From Mobula hypostoma (lineage: Eukaryota): a stretch of DNA of 64,000 nucleotides. Below are positions 37,200-50,556 of the stretch, piece by piece. The stretch's first letter is position 1. The number at the start of each line of letters is the position of its first letter. A program made the position numbers and the translations under genes. The stretch covers positions 70,868,001 to 70,932,000 of the forward strand of contig NC_086108.1 of NCBI RefSeq assembly GCF_963921235.1, read 5' to 3'. Under the pieces are notes generated by a model. It worked only from the letters and a program-made list of their open reading frames with translations. It was not told the DNA's origin and searched no databases.

Positions 37200-37860
37200 G
37201 CCAACAGTAAGCTCAAACCCGAGATGGCCTGAGCCGAAGGCTGGCGGCTGGCTCAATTTGATCCAATGAGCCTAAACCTGAAGGCGAAAGGTGAGTAATT
37301 GTTCGACTCTTACTACTAGTGGGACCTGACCGTTTACAAACTTGTTCCAGCTATTCAGAGGTGCAGCACTGGCTGTGAAGCCAAGGCACAAGAATCGCAA
37401 ATGCTTTCACTGATGTATTGGAATTAGTCTTGACGGTCTGACAAGAAAACCCGCGAATGGAGATCCTGCAAAGAATATTTTCGGAGAAAAAGTCATGCAT
37501 ATTCAGAAAAACCAGCTAACCGCCATCAGCCACTCCCTTACCCGAGATGCTGCCGTCGAAACGCTGCAGATGGATTTCGGGGGGCGCCCGGGCCTCCGAG
37601 TATTGCCGTGTGCGACCACCCAGAACGGCCCAGGCACCAAGCGGCCGGGCGCCGCCGGTGTAACTGGCAGCAGTTAGAGCGTTCTTGACTCTAACAGCGG
37701 CCAGAGGTCCCACAGAGACCATCCTCCTCAACACCCACATCTGTCGTCTCTTCCCAGCCACCTCCACCGGCACAACTCTGGAAGTGAAATGGTCAGATCG
37801 GCCTGTGTCGAGCGGAAATCCTGCCTCTGCACCGACCACATTAGGTTTATGACACTTTCA
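37200..37860. promoter_or_regulatory. CpG-rich promoter/first-exon region of ECHDC2
   Basis: Local excess of CpG and GC in a CpG-poor window. ETS-like GGAAGTG (~37779) and CGGAAAT (~37813) lie just upstream of the ATG. Confidence 0.55.
37542..37740 (-). CDS. ECHDC2: ECHDC2 coding exon 1 (mitochondrial-type leader)
   Basis: First in-frame ATG at 37740 gives MWVLRRMVSVGPLAAVRVKNALTAASYTGGARPLGAWAVLGGRTRQYSEARAPPEIHLQRFDGSIS(G). Donor G|GTAAGG, phase 1, matches exon 2. Arg-rich, no acidic residue before RQY-S. Lies in a CpG-rich patch. An alternative ATG sits at 37722. Confidence 0.85.
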
Positions 37861-39164
37861 CTGACCCACCCCTTTAACTGAACTATTAGTAATCTGCTCG
37901 TACAGTGCTTCACCTTGGTCTATCAACAGGTAGTGTTTTTTTAAAGGAGAGTCACCCAAATCAAATGTTTACCACAGGGCCCATTGAAACCACACAGCGG
38001 AAAGAAGCAAAGCCCAACTTAGAAATAAAGCTCAAACAGCACTTGCTACAGGCCAGTAAGCATCTGGTTGTCAGCACCCATATAAATTTGGGTCACTGTA
38101 CTTCAATTGAGAATATAGAACCTGAAAATGAAAATATTAATCTCCGACTGTTGGCGGCAGTAAAAATGCGGTACTGACAACAAAATACACAAAAACAGAC
38201 CGTGCTGGCTACATTCTGGAGACCAAACAGCACTTGTGGGAAGAGAAGTAGATTATCTACAACTCAGTATTATTTATTTTTTATTTACACAAATTGTCTT
38301 TTGCAGATTGCTTGTTTGTCAGTCTTTGGATAGTTATTTTTTTAATCTATCATATTTCTTTACTTTTCTGTAAATGCCTGCAAGAAAATGAATCTCAAGG
38401 TAGTTAATGATAACAAATTTTACTTTGACTTAACTAACCAAACCTTGCCCTTATGAGAATATTTACTTTATCTGGTAGGAAAACAGTGGAATTCACTGGA
38501 ATTCAGAAGAAAGATCTCATAGAAAATGATACAAATCGTACAGAACTAGGCTACATGATATATGAAAATGTCCCTGATGACTAAAGAGTCCAGAACCAAG
38601 GTCGCAGTCTCAGGGCAGAGGGTAATGCCTACGGTGTCGAGTTGACGCACAAGTATAAATCAGCCTTTACTGATGAAACAAGTGCTACATACATAGTTCT
38701 CAAAACAACCAAATACAATCCGAATATACTGTATAATAATTGCGAACAGAATAGCAACAGAAGTCTCATTGGGAGTAAAGTGTATTTATGTTCCTGTCTT
38801 TAGTGGATCTGTATATATACAGTATAAAAGATGAAAGCTTATTTCACATTTGCATTTATGTTATACACTACATGAGGTACAATAACAATTATATTTAGAA
38901 ATGCTGTTTTTCCATTTTTTTAAAGGAAAGTATTAATTTTTGAACGGGTTTTCTAGGATGCTTCATGGATTTCAATCTGTCTGTTATACTTTTATTAATA
39001 GCAAAACAATAAATCCACATAAATAAGCAACAGGACTCATCCGTTTTCCTTAAAGCCTTCCAGTTTAAGATGGCACTGGTTATGCCCAGCAACTACTAGT
39101 CAACGGTCAAAGAAACAAAACAAAGAGAATTACTAAATACCTTATTAATAACAATCTCTAACAA

Positions 39165-39815
39165 TGGAGCGGTGAGTAGTAGCAGTGGCAAGCGGCAGGC
39201 AAAAGTGGATGCGGGGTTGAAGTGGAGTTGTGAGGTCCCCGAGAGTGAGGAAGTTCCTGAGGTCTGATTGATTTAAGCACTGGGCCAAATTGGAGAGGTT
39301 GGGTATAGACCGAACTGTGGCTGCGGGATTCAGGCCCCAGCGTAGTCTGAGAGCAAGGTATGACCCGATGTTTGGACACTTTAAGCACCAGGCCAGATTG
39401 AAAAGGTCAGGGAATTGGGTCCGAAGGCGAAGCAAAGGCCGATTCTACCCTGTTCTACTCGCTGCCCTGAACTAAGGTCGTGGCCTGCTCCAGCTCCAGT
39501 GAAAACCTGGCTTCACATCTGCGGTCTCACAACCTTTATTCGACTTTGTGATGAACTGAGGCTGTAGTCTGCTCCAGCTCCAGTGATGCCTGGCTTCATG
39601 TCTTTTGTAAAACTTCAGTTCTGAAGCTACTTGCTTACTTTTATTGTTTGCACAATTTGTTTCTTTTTCTGTCTGTGCATTGGTTGTTTGATGGTCTTTT
39701 TTTAAATGAGTTCTTTTGAAGTTTCTTTGTTTTGTGGCTGCCTGTAAAGAGATGAATCTCAAGGTTGTATTACTGTATTCATACTTAGATAATAAATATA
39801 CTTTGAACTTTGATT
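39165..39815 (+). mobile_element. Non-autonomous retroposon with internal direct repeats and LINE-like tail
   Basis: Duplicated tttaagcac..ggcca.attg.a.aggt and ctgctccagctccagtga..cctggcttca units; tail gataataaatatactttgaactttga. Confidence 0.55.
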
Positions 39816-40479
39816 ATTATAAGTTACTCGTTAACATAGGACAACAAAGATTTTGCTTCCTGAATACTTTTTGGTGTCTCTTATGCGGATCATGAAAGTC
39901 ACCATGAAATTTTCCTGTCATGCACTTTTTATTTGAAATAGCTTATGTTTGTTATTTCTATTCATAATTCAAGTCAGAATAACTGATGCCAAGATTAAGG
40001 AGGCATTTTTGAGGCATTACCATGGCACATGAGAGAATTTTTAAAGAAAATTATCGCTGATTTGGCTACATGCTGTCAAGAAGGTTCACTACCCCTGCTT
40101 TAGGGAATCCTGCACTAGATCTCCTTGGACCCTTGGGAGTCCTAGAGTGCAGTATGATCAGCCATGGATGTGTTGAATGGTGGAACAGCCCCAAAGGACT
40201 GAATGGCATACTGTATTTATGTTCCTACTTTGTTTCTATGTTAATATTTCAAATTGAAAGCCCTTTATTAGATCTAGAGTAGAAAAATAAGTTTGTTTCA
40301 AGTTGGAGAGAGGGTGGGGTTAGATGAAGGAGCATCTCCATTAGTGTAGGATAGAGTGGTCGTGATAACGTTTACCAATCTGTCTAGTTGATAGGTTAAT
40401 GAAGTGAGGAAAAAAGCAGACAGATAGAAGCTGCTAATTACTGATGAGAGCCACAGCAGAACATTGAAACCATTACTTC

Positions 40480-40875
40480 CACCCTTCCCTTTCTCATTCC
40501 CTGTTCTAGTTACCCTCTCACCTCTTCTATTCTCCTCACCTCTCTCTAATTCTCCTCTTTCCTTTTCTTTCCCTGTCCTTTACCATTATATTCTTTCTTC
40601 TGCAGCCCTTTACCTCTTCCATCTATCACCTCCATCTTCTTATTTCATCCCTCCCCCCCCCCCACTCAACCACCCACCTTCCCTCTCATCTAATCTCACC
40701 TGTCACCTGCCAACTTGTACTCCCTCCCCACCTTTTTACTCTGGCCCCTCTTGATGAAGGATCTCAGCCTGTGATGTCAACTGTTAATTCTCGTCCATAG
40801 ATGCTGCCTGACCTGTTGAGTCCCTCCAGCATTTTGTGTTTGTTGCTCATGATTTCCAGCATCTACAGAAACTCT
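40480..40875 (+). mobile_element. Penelope-like 3' tail fragment
   Basis: Pyrimidine-rich tract, ttgatgaaggatctcagcc, then ccatagatgctgcctgacctg..gagt.cctccagcattttgtgt, as at 15180-15265. Confidence 0.65.
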
Positions 40876-41424
40876 TGCTTCAACAAGTCTCATCTACTTC
40901 CTGTGCCTATATTCTTGCTCCTGCTGCTCCCAGGCAGAGCAAGGATAAAGTTCTCTGGTCCTCATTTTCCAACTCAGTAATGTACAAATTCTTCAGACCA
41001 TCCTTCACAATTTCTGCAGGCTTCAATGAGTTTCAATACTAGGCATACCTACTCCAGCCTACCCCTTTCAATATTCCCACTGACCTTCTCTTTTCAACTC
41101 TAGTATGTTTCTCTATGTGTCAATGTCTAGCCGCCTTAAGGCATTTTCCATGAAAATGCAGATAGTGCCACAACTATGCTTTTACCTATTCCCTTCCCAT
41201 CATCTAGGGTTGTAAATAGTCCTTTCCGTTGAAGCAGCAATTAATTTGCACTGAATGTTCATGGTGCTTCTACATTAGAGAAAGCAATTACAGATTGGGT
41301 GGCTGCATTGATCAATTTGAAATGGTGTCTCCTGAGTTATGCATTACAAAATTCTGCAGGGATAGGGAGTTTAGCACATACAGTTACAATCTTAGGGCAT
41401 GATATTTCTATTTATTTAGTATTG

Positions 41425-41700
41425 TGAGACAACCCAGAATAGGCCTGTCTGGCCCTTTGAGCCATAGCACTCAGTAATTTCCCCCGATTTAATCCTAGCC
41501 TAATCACAGGACAATTTACAATGACCAATTAACCTACCAACTGGTCTTTGGACACGGAGGAAACCGGAGCACCTGGAGGAAACCCACGCGGTCATGGGGA
41601 GAAGATGCAAAGTCCTTATAGGCAGCGGCAGGAATTGAACCTGGGTCAACCTGTACTGTAAAGCATTGTGCTAACTGCTACGCTAGCTCTGCCACCCTGT
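41425..41700 (-). mobile_element. V/HE1-type SINE
   Basis: Reverse complement carries tagcgtagcagttagc, ggttcaattcc and the central tgaccgcgtgggtttcctccaggtgctccggtttcctcc block. Confidence 0.75.
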
Positions 41701-42159
41701 TTATAACTGAAACAAGGAGAAATGTCTTCACTCAGAGTTTGAACCTGTTTCAGAAGGTGGTGGATGCCAAATCACTCCTGTATGCGTTAATAGGATGGTA
41801 GGTCGATATATAGACACAAAAGAGATGTGGGAATATCTGGAGAGAGCAGGAATACAGCATCAACAATAATTGTGTTGTTTGGAGAGCAGGCTTGCAGGTT
41901 GTGTTTAGGTTCTATTATAAGTAATTAATTTTAAATAATCCCAAGAAGGGCAGATTTTTGGCTATTGAGGGAATAAAGAGATATAGGTTAAGTACAGGAA
42001 AGTGACACTTGAAGGGATGATTACCCATTATAGAGTCACAAATGAGTTGAGAGGGGCTGATTAGTTCACCCCGTTGCTATTTATGTCAGATTGCGAACCT
42101 TGTCGATCAATCCTCATGATGTTTTAGGTCATCAGAGAATAAGGATTGGTGATGCCTGG

Positions 42160-43065
42160 GGAATTTTTCCTTCCAATATTTTTCAAGACATGGACAAGTC
42201 CAAAACACATGAATTAATGAAGCTTCTCCATGATTGCATCTGTCACAGTAGGGAGATATATCCGGATAAAAATGAGATAGCTTATCTTTAGTCGTATGGA
42301 CTCTATGTACCACCTTAAATTGTATGAAGGAATGGCGAGTACATAGCAATGACGTATTAACCAGTTTAAAAAATTCATTCCAAGTTTCCTCAGATATTAA
42401 TGTTTGTAAGTCTTGTTCCCAGAGATTCTTAATGTTGTCTAAAGGAACATTCCTCGTACCCAGTAACATACCGTAAATATTAGATATTGAACCATTATAA
42501 AAAGGTGTCAAATTAAAAATTACATCTAGTAAGTTCTTATCTGAGCTATAGGAATTGTGCATAATTGAGATCTTGCAAAGTCTCTAATTTGTAGATATCT
42601 AAAAAAGTGAGTTTTGAGTGGGCTATATTTAGCTGACAATAGCTGAAATGAAAAAAAGATTTCCTCCAACAAACAGATCCCAAAACCATTTAATACCCTA
42701 CCTGTCCCATTCTTTAAGAACTAACTCAGCCATGGAGTGTTTAAAAAAAAATTAGAATAAATGGGACTAGAAAGAGAAAATCTCAATAAACCAAAATGTT
42801 TTCTAAATTGTATCCATATCCTCAGAGTATGTTTAACTATTAAATTATCAGTTAGTTTACTTACAAATAAAGGAAGTGAGGATCCAAGAAGAGAAATAAT
42901 AGAAAATCTATTAACAGAATTAGCTTCTAAAGAAACCGATACTGGACAGTCTACACGATCAATATAATATATCCAAAACGTAAGATATCGTATATTAACT
43001 GCCCAGTAATAAAACCTAAAGTTAGGTAAGGCTAAACCGCCAGACTTTTTAGGGGAACTTTTCAA
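42160..43065 (-). mobile_element. L1-clade ORF2 C-terminal fragment
   Basis: GGLALPNFRFYYWA, IQFKVVHR, and the Cys/His knuckle CDRC...SLIHVFWTC. Confidence 0.85.
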
Positions 43066-43469
43066 GTTTGCTTTTATAGAGTAAATTCTGTACAAATTAT
43101 ACACATGTATTGCTGTACTGTGAAGAATGAGAAAACTGTAGAGAATGTTATACATTCTTAGAACAAATTCAACAATTTTACATTCTGATTTTAGAATTTA
43201 GAGGGATAGGAGGTTTTAAACTTATGTCTGCTGCCATTTAGCTTTCCTACCCTAATAACTGAAAGTAATATAAATGATTATTTATTTACCAGCATTAAAT
43301 TTCTGTTTGTGTTTATATGCAGTCTCAAATTTAACAAAATTAAAATACATAGAATCACGATTTGTCTCCACCATCCACAATGACAATTTGGAGAGGTATG
43401 CTTTGGTTAAGTATAAAATATATTTGATTCTTGGTATATCTCACTAATCCAGACATACAACATATATAA

Positions 43470-46020
43470 GTAAGAGCATAAGACACAGGAGCAGAATTAG
43501 GCCATTCAGTCCGTCAAGTTCTCCTCCAATTCAACATGACTAATCCCTAGATCTCACTCAACTCCATGCACCTGCCTTCTCACCATATCCTTTGATGCCC
43601 TGGCCGATCGGGAAACGATCAACTTCCACCTTAAATATTTGCATGGACTTGGCCTCCACCGCAGTCTGTGGCAGAGCATTCCGCAGATTTACTACTCGCT
43701 AGCTAAGAATTTTTTCCTTACCTCTGTTCTAAAGGGTTGCCCCTCAATTTTGAGGCTGTGCCCTCTAGTTCTGGATACTCTCACCATAGGAAACATCCTC
43801 TCCATATCCACCTTATCTGGTCCTTTCAACATTCAATAGGTTTCAATGAGATTCTCCCCCCTCCCCAACACATTCTTCTAAATTCCAGTGAGTACAGGCC
43901 CAAAGCTGCTAAACGCTCCTCATATGTTGTCCCCTTCATTCTCAGAATCATCCTCGTGAACCTCCTTTGGACTCTCTACAATGACAACATATCCTTTCTG
44001 AGATATGGGGCCCAGAACTGTTGACAATACTCCAAGTGCGGCCTGACTAGTGTTTTATAGAGGCTCAGCATTATCTCCTTGCGTTTATATTCTATTCCCC
44101 TTGAAATAAATGCCAACATTGCCTTTACCTTCTTGATCACAGACTCAACCTGTAAATTAACCTTCTGGGAGTCTTGCATAAAGACTCCTAAGTCCCACTA
44201 CACCTCTGATATTTGATGAGCTGTCTCCCTATTTAGATAAAAGTCTGTACTATTGTTCCTTTTACCAAAATGCATTATCATGCATTTCCCAACACTGTAT
44301 TACATCTGTCACATTCCCCCCCCCCCCCCCATTTTTCCAAATTTGTCTAAGTCCTGCTGCAATTGCATTGCTTCCTCAGCACTGGCCATCCCTCCACCTA
44401 TCTTCGTAGCATCCGCATGCTTTGCCATAAAGCCATCAATTCCACTATCTAAATTACTGACAATATGAAAGGTAGCAGTTCCAATACTGACCCCAGAGGA
44501 ACACCACTAGTCACTGGCAGCCAACCAGAAAAGGCCCCTTTTACTCCTGCTTGCTGCCTCCTGCCTGTCAGCAATTCTGCTATCCATGCCAGTATCTTTC
44601 CTGTAACACCATAGGATTTTATCTGTTAAGCAGCCTCATGTGTGGCACCTTGTGAAGTGCCTTATGAAAATCCAAGTAAGTAACATCCACTGCCTCTCCT
44701 TTGTTCCTTTGTCCACCCTGCTTGTTACTTCCTTGAAGAACTCGAACGGATTTGTCAGGCAAGATTTCCCTTTACAGAAACCACGCTCACTTTGACCCAT
44801 TTTGTCATTAGTCTCCAAGTATCCTAAAACCTCATCCTTAATAATGGACTCCAACACATTCCGAACAACTGAGGCCTATAATTTCCTTTCTTTGCCTTTC
44901 TCCCTTCTTAAAGAATGGAGTTACATTTGCAATCTTCCAGTCTTATGGGACCATGCCAGAATCAAGTGATTCTTGAAATATGATGACTAATACATCTGCT
45001 ATCTCTTCAGCAGCCCCTCTCACAACTCTGGGATGTAGTCCATCTGGCCCAGGTGACTTATCCACCTTAAGACCTTTGAGTTTGCCTAGCACTTTTTCCT
45101 TTGTAATGGCAATGGCATTCACTGTTGCTCCCTAATGCTCACAGACCTCTGGAACACTGCTAGTGTCTTCCACGGTGAACACAGGTGCAGAGTACCCATT
45201 ATGTTCATCTGCCATTTCTTTGTCCCCCATTACTACCTCACCAGCATCATTTTCCAGTGGTCCAATATCAACTCTCATCTCCCTTTTACTCTTATATAAC
45301 TGAAAAAATGTTTGGGGTCCTACTTTACATTATTGGCTAATCTACCCTCATATTTCATCTTTTCCTTTCTTATGGCTTCTTAGTTGTTTTTTGTTGGAAT
45401 TTAAAAGCTTCCCAATCATCCAACTTCCCACTCACTTTTGCTACATTATATGCCCTTTTGTTGGCCTTTATGCAATTCATAACTTCCCTTGTCAGCCATA
45501 GTTGTCTACCCCTACTATCTGAGAACAACAACTTCTGTGGGACATAGCTATCCTGCTCCTTGTGAACTATTCTCCGAAACTTCAGCCATCTCTGTCCTGC
45601 TGTCATTCCCACTAGTATCCTCCTCCAATCCACCTGGGCAAGCTCCTTCCTGCCTGTTCTTTTGATACAAAATATATCCTTTCATGTTAAGCTCACAATG
45701 ATGGCCTTCTTTCAGTCACGACTCTGATGCCCACAACATCATACTGACCAGTCTCTAATTGCTACATGAGTTTGTCCACCTTATTCGGAATGCTACGTGC
45801 ATTTAAATACAGCACTTTCAGTCCTGTATTCTCCGTTCTGAATTTTGCCTCTGTGGGACAATTTAACTTTTTGTTCTGTCTGCATTTGTACCCAATCATT
45901 AGCTTGTCCTTCCTTACATTCATGTTACACCCATTATCTACTTGTATACCTGCTGGCTCATCCAATGCTCTACAATACTGGTTCACATTGCCCCGCCATA
46001 TTAGTTTAAACCACTTTGTT
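43470..46020 (-). mobile_element. CR1 LINE with internal deletions, from endonuclease start to 3' end
   Basis: LKVLYLNARSI.NKVD (APE start), KGKSCLTN..EFF, RPHLEYCQQFWAPYLRKD; (cttat)n-type tail at ~43470. Confidence 0.9.
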
Positions 46021-46189
46021 TAAATGTACCCAAGACAGTTTCACACAATGCTGCCAAGACTCATTCTACCTTGGGTTCTGCTGAAGGCATCTGATGTAGC
46101 TTGGCAAACAAAAACAAATATTTTTAAGGTGAAACCATTCACACTGTACTGCTGTCAAATAGCAACTGATAGTATATTAGGGGAGTATA

Positions 46190-46778
46190 TCTTCCATTTC
46201 CTGCGGAGCATCAAGAAAGCTCACCTCCGTCCCAGGATACTGACGCACTTTTATCGTTGTACCTTTGAGAGCATACTCACCAACTGCATCTCAGTGTGGT
46301 ATGGCAATTGTCCCGTATCAGACCACAAAGCACTCCAGCGGGTGGTGAAAACTGCCCAGCGGATTATCGGCACTCAATTGCCCACTATTGAGAACATCTC
46401 CCATAAATGCTGCATAGGCAGGGCGAAAAGCATTATCAAAGATGCATCTCATCCTAACCATAGACTTCTTACTCTCCTCCCATCCGGTAGGCGCTACAGG
46501 AGCCTCCACTCCCGCACCAGCAGGCACAGGAAGAGCTTCTTCCCTGAGGCTGTGACCCTGCTCAACCTCACATCCCAGAGCTAAGCAGTTGTTTGCAACC
46601 ATATTGGACTGTCCCAGTACTTTTATATTTGTATGCTGTAACACTTACTTTTTATTCGCAATTATTTTGTAAATAACACTATTCTTTTGCACTTCTGGCC
46701 AGATACTAATCGCATTTCATTGGCTTTGTATCTGTACTCAGCACAATGATAATAAAGTTGAATCTAATCTAATCTAAT
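46190..46778 (+). mobile_element. Rex1-like LINE 3' end with (AATCT)n tail
   Basis: FYRCTFESILTNCISVWYG...LQRVVKTAQRIIG...HP.H.L..LLPSGRRYRS...SFFP; aataaagttgaatctaatctaatct. Confidence 0.85.
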
Positions 46779-46859
46779 ATCAGAATTAAATGCAATACAA
46801 ACTTAATCTCTCTATCCCAAAATGTTACAAGTAATCAGTTACAAAAATAATTAATCATG

Positions 46860-47410
46860 AGGAACAAAGGAGGGTAAGAGGTGACTTGATAGAGGTGTAC
46901 AAGAAGGTAAGAGGAATAGAGTGAGTGGACGGAGACTTTTACCCAGGGCGGTACTGGCTGATGTGAGGAAACATAACTTAGGGTGATTGGAGAAAAGTAT
47001 GGGGGAATGTCGGAGGTAGTTGTTTTTTTTACAGAGTGGTGAGTATGTGGAATGTGCTTAGCAGGGGTGGTGGTAGAGGCAGATACATTAAGGACATTTA
47101 AGAGACTCTTATAAAGCCACATAGATGAAAGAAAAAATGGAGGTCTATTGTAATATATGGATCTATTTCTTTTAGAGCAGTGACCTCCCCCCCCCCAGCA
47201 TTACGTCGCGATCTGTTGTCCACGCATGCGCATTGCTTTCTCGCTGCTTAGCGAGCGCTTAGGTTACAGGCGTCTCTTGCGTGCTTGCTTTTATTTCATT
47301 GATATTTTAGTTGTGTACAGAGACAACTGCTATGTAGGAGGGAAGGGTGATATTGATCTTGGAGTAGGTGAAAAGGTCAACACAATATCGTGAACCAAAG
47401 GGCTGTTCTA
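46860..47410 (+). mobile_element. CR1 3' end carrying a ~180-bp insertion (47149-47329)
   Basis: RGDLIEVYK-like start and CR1 tail, interrupted at ctat. Confidence 0.65.
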
Positions 47411-48509
47411 TATAACTCCCAACCCCCCCAAAATAATTGTTAATGCAATAGCTGCTAAAAGTTATCTAACTGTCCAAGATGCATCTCTGAAAAATTAAAC
47501 ACACGCTGCGCTATCGGAGAATAAAAGTAAAAGGTACAGTTGCAAGACAAAGATTGCGAACCCTTTGCAATGTCCATTTTAAGTATAAATGGTTTGGGAG
47601 AGCTCTAGGTTTTTGATTTTATTTTGCTGAATGGTTGTAATTCAAATGACTTGGCATGCAGTTTACATGTAGCCAGTTCCGACAAACATGAACAGAATAT
47701 TACAGAATAATAATAGAACAGCTCTGATAATTGGAAATTAAAAGAGAATAATGGAAACACTCAGGATCGCAAGCAGTGTTTATGAGAAAGAAATTCAAAT
47801 TTCATGATAAACTGTTTTAATGGTATTTATGGACATATAAATATTAGCCAGGGATTACTCCCTCGGGAAGTAGCAGGATTCCTTCCCCCTCCCAACAGGT
47901 TGTAGGTGCATTATAAAGAAAACTATTACTTTCAACAAAATACATAGATAGCTAAAAGGTAGAGGGAAGGTTTCCTCCTGCATTGCTGTGACACACTTTA
48001 ACAAGATGTTAACTACTAATGGATTTAACAATGAAGTAATTGTTTAGGTGATTTAAAAACAGATTAAATTTATTCTAATTTCTGTATCAGGTCATGAAGC
48101 AGAACAAAGTCCATACACAGAACAGAAATACTGATCACCAAATGTTTAGATCCTGTTTAAAATTTGGGACATTGAAGATATCAAAGCTAGAGGGCCTCAA
48201 GTAGCAGCAGCTAAGGAAGTTAATAATAATTAATTAAAATGCTAAACATTAAAAGCAACACAAAATAGTAAAAAAGATCAAAGCACTGGTATTGACACAA
48301 ATGTCAGCTGAAAAACAAAATCAAGATGCCTTACAGGACCACTAATGAAATTATATGATTTTAGTTGTGTGCTAAAAGTTTGATGAATGCTTCTAAGTTA
48401 TTCAGAATCAGAACAAAAACAACAACTTGCATTGGTATGGTGATTAATATTGAAAAACATCTCAAGTCACTTTACAGAAAAAATAATAAACTAAAACCAG
48501 CTATAGATA

Positions 48510-48910
48510 TTGGGATATTGAACTTCTGGTAATGCCACCCCCCCACCTTCACCATTCCCCATCTCCTTTTCCCTCTCTCACCTTATCTGCTTGCCTGCCC
48601 AACACCTCCCTCTGGTGCTACCCCCCCCCCACGTTTTCTTTCTTCAATTGCCTTTTGTCCTCCCCATTCTCCAGCCCTGAATCGCTTTCACCCCTTCCTA
48701 GCTCCTTACTTCACCCCCACCTCCCGTTTTCACTTATCACCTTGTGTCTCTCCCATCTTCTCCGCCCCCCCCACCTTTTAAATCTACTCCCCATCTTTTT
48801 TTCTCCAGGCCTGCTGAAGAGTCTTGGCCCGAAATGTCAACTGTACTCTTTTCCATAGATGTGCCTGGCCTTGTGAGTTCCTCCAGTGTTCTGCATGCGT
48901 TGCTTAGATA
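48510..48910 (+). mobile_element. Penelope-like 3' tail fragment
   Basis: Pyrimidine-rich tract plus ctgctgaagagtcttggcccgaaatgtcaactg, as at 15184. Confidence 0.7.
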
Positions 48911-49614
48911 TTGGGATTAGTGACCTAAAGCCTAGCCATATATATAAAAAATGTTTCACTCACCAGCTTATGGAGAGATTGAGAATTCCAGTGCAAAAGC
49001 AGCTCAAAGCACAATTTTAAATGGTAGGGGTATCAGAAAGATGCGGGGATCTGCCAAATGCACATGCTACAGGTGTGATAAATATGGAGCTGAGACAGGA
49101 GGAGGAGGAGTTGCATTTTTCATCAGGGAGGACATCACAGAAGTGCTTTGGGGGATATTCTTGGGGGATCATTCAGTAAGGGTATCTGGGTGGAACTCAG
49201 AAATAAAAGGGGATGAGTAGGCTGCTAGGGTTGTAATAGTAGGTAACTGCAACTTCCCTTATATTGACTGGAATTGCCAATTGTATAAAGAACTTGAATG
49301 TTGCAGAATTTATTAAACATGTCTGGAAATGTTTTTGAAAACAATGTGTATATTCACTCTTACTAGATTGGGGGGCAATATTGGACCTCCTACTGTAAAA
49401 TGAAGCAGGCTAAGTGACTTAAATGTTGGTATGGGAGCACTTGGGATGAATGGAGGAAGGTTTCAAATGCTATTAATTTTTAAATTTTTACAGATTTAAG
49501 AGCTCGCTTAAGAGGAAAATCAGGAGGGCAAAAAGAAGGATCTACTGTTATTACTAATAACTGTAGATCCCCTTTTCTTCAGCTTTCATGGGGGACAAGA
49601 CAAGATTGTCCATT

Positions 49615-49917
49615 CATCATCAAGGGCTTCCGTTAGTCTCATGAGACCATGGATTTGCGCCTTGGAAGGTTTCCAGGGTGCAGGCCTGGGCAAGGTTGTA
49701 TGGAAGACCAGCAGTTGCTCATGCTGCAAGTCTCCCCTCTCCAATCCACCGATGTTGTCCAAGGGAAGGGCATTAGGACCCATACAGCTTGGCACCGGTG
49801 TCGTCGCAGAGCAATGTGTGGTTAAGTGCCTTGCTCAAGTTGCCTCAGTCAAGGCTCGAACTAGCGACCTTCAGGTCACTAGACGAACGCCTTAACCACT
49901 TGGCCACGCGCCAACAC
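49615..49917 (-). mobile_element. tRNA-derived SINE inserted in the L1 RT region
   Basis: A box tggccaagtgg, B box gttcgagcc; flanks gattgtccatt (49604-49614) / ggttatccatt (49918-49928). Confidence 0.85.
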
Positions 49918-50556
49918 GGTTATCCATTAAGTCCTTTGTTATTTAAATTAATATTAGAACCCCTTGCTTTTGCTCCTTATGAAGCTAAAGATATTTATGG
50001 GGTTTCTGTGAATGAGACCATTCATAAGATTTCTCCTTACGCTGACGATTTACTGGTTTATATATCCAATCCCGAGGAATCTATTCCTGCCTTGCTAAAA
50101 TTATTTAATGAATTTGTAGATTTTTCAGGGTATAAAATAAATTTTAGTAAAAGTGAACTGTTTCCTTTAAATGAATCTGTTTCTATTTATGATAATACTC
50201 CTTTCAAAGTCACGGATTCCTTTAGATAATTAGGTGTTATAATCATTAAAAAATATAAGGATCTTTATAAAGCTAATTTTGTTCCCTTGGTAGATTCTAT
50301 GAAGTATTTATTTAGTAGATGGAACCCACTTACATTTTACTTGCTAGTCGCATCCATATAGTCAAAATGATGATTTTGCCAAAATTTTTATATTTGTTTC
50401 AGAATATCCCTGTTTTTTTGACTAAGAAGTGTTTTGATCGGATTGATTCTATTATTTTATCTTTTATTTGGAATAATAAAAGACCAAGAATTAGTAAATG
50501 CCACTTACAAAAGTTGAAAAAGGATGGAGGACTCGCTTTGCCTAATTTAAGAATGT

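Noticed and set aside
37741..37839. N-terminal extension of ECHDC2 suggested by ORF 37516..37839
   Set aside because: That ORF starts at GTG and reads through the splice donor; the first ATG is at 37740.
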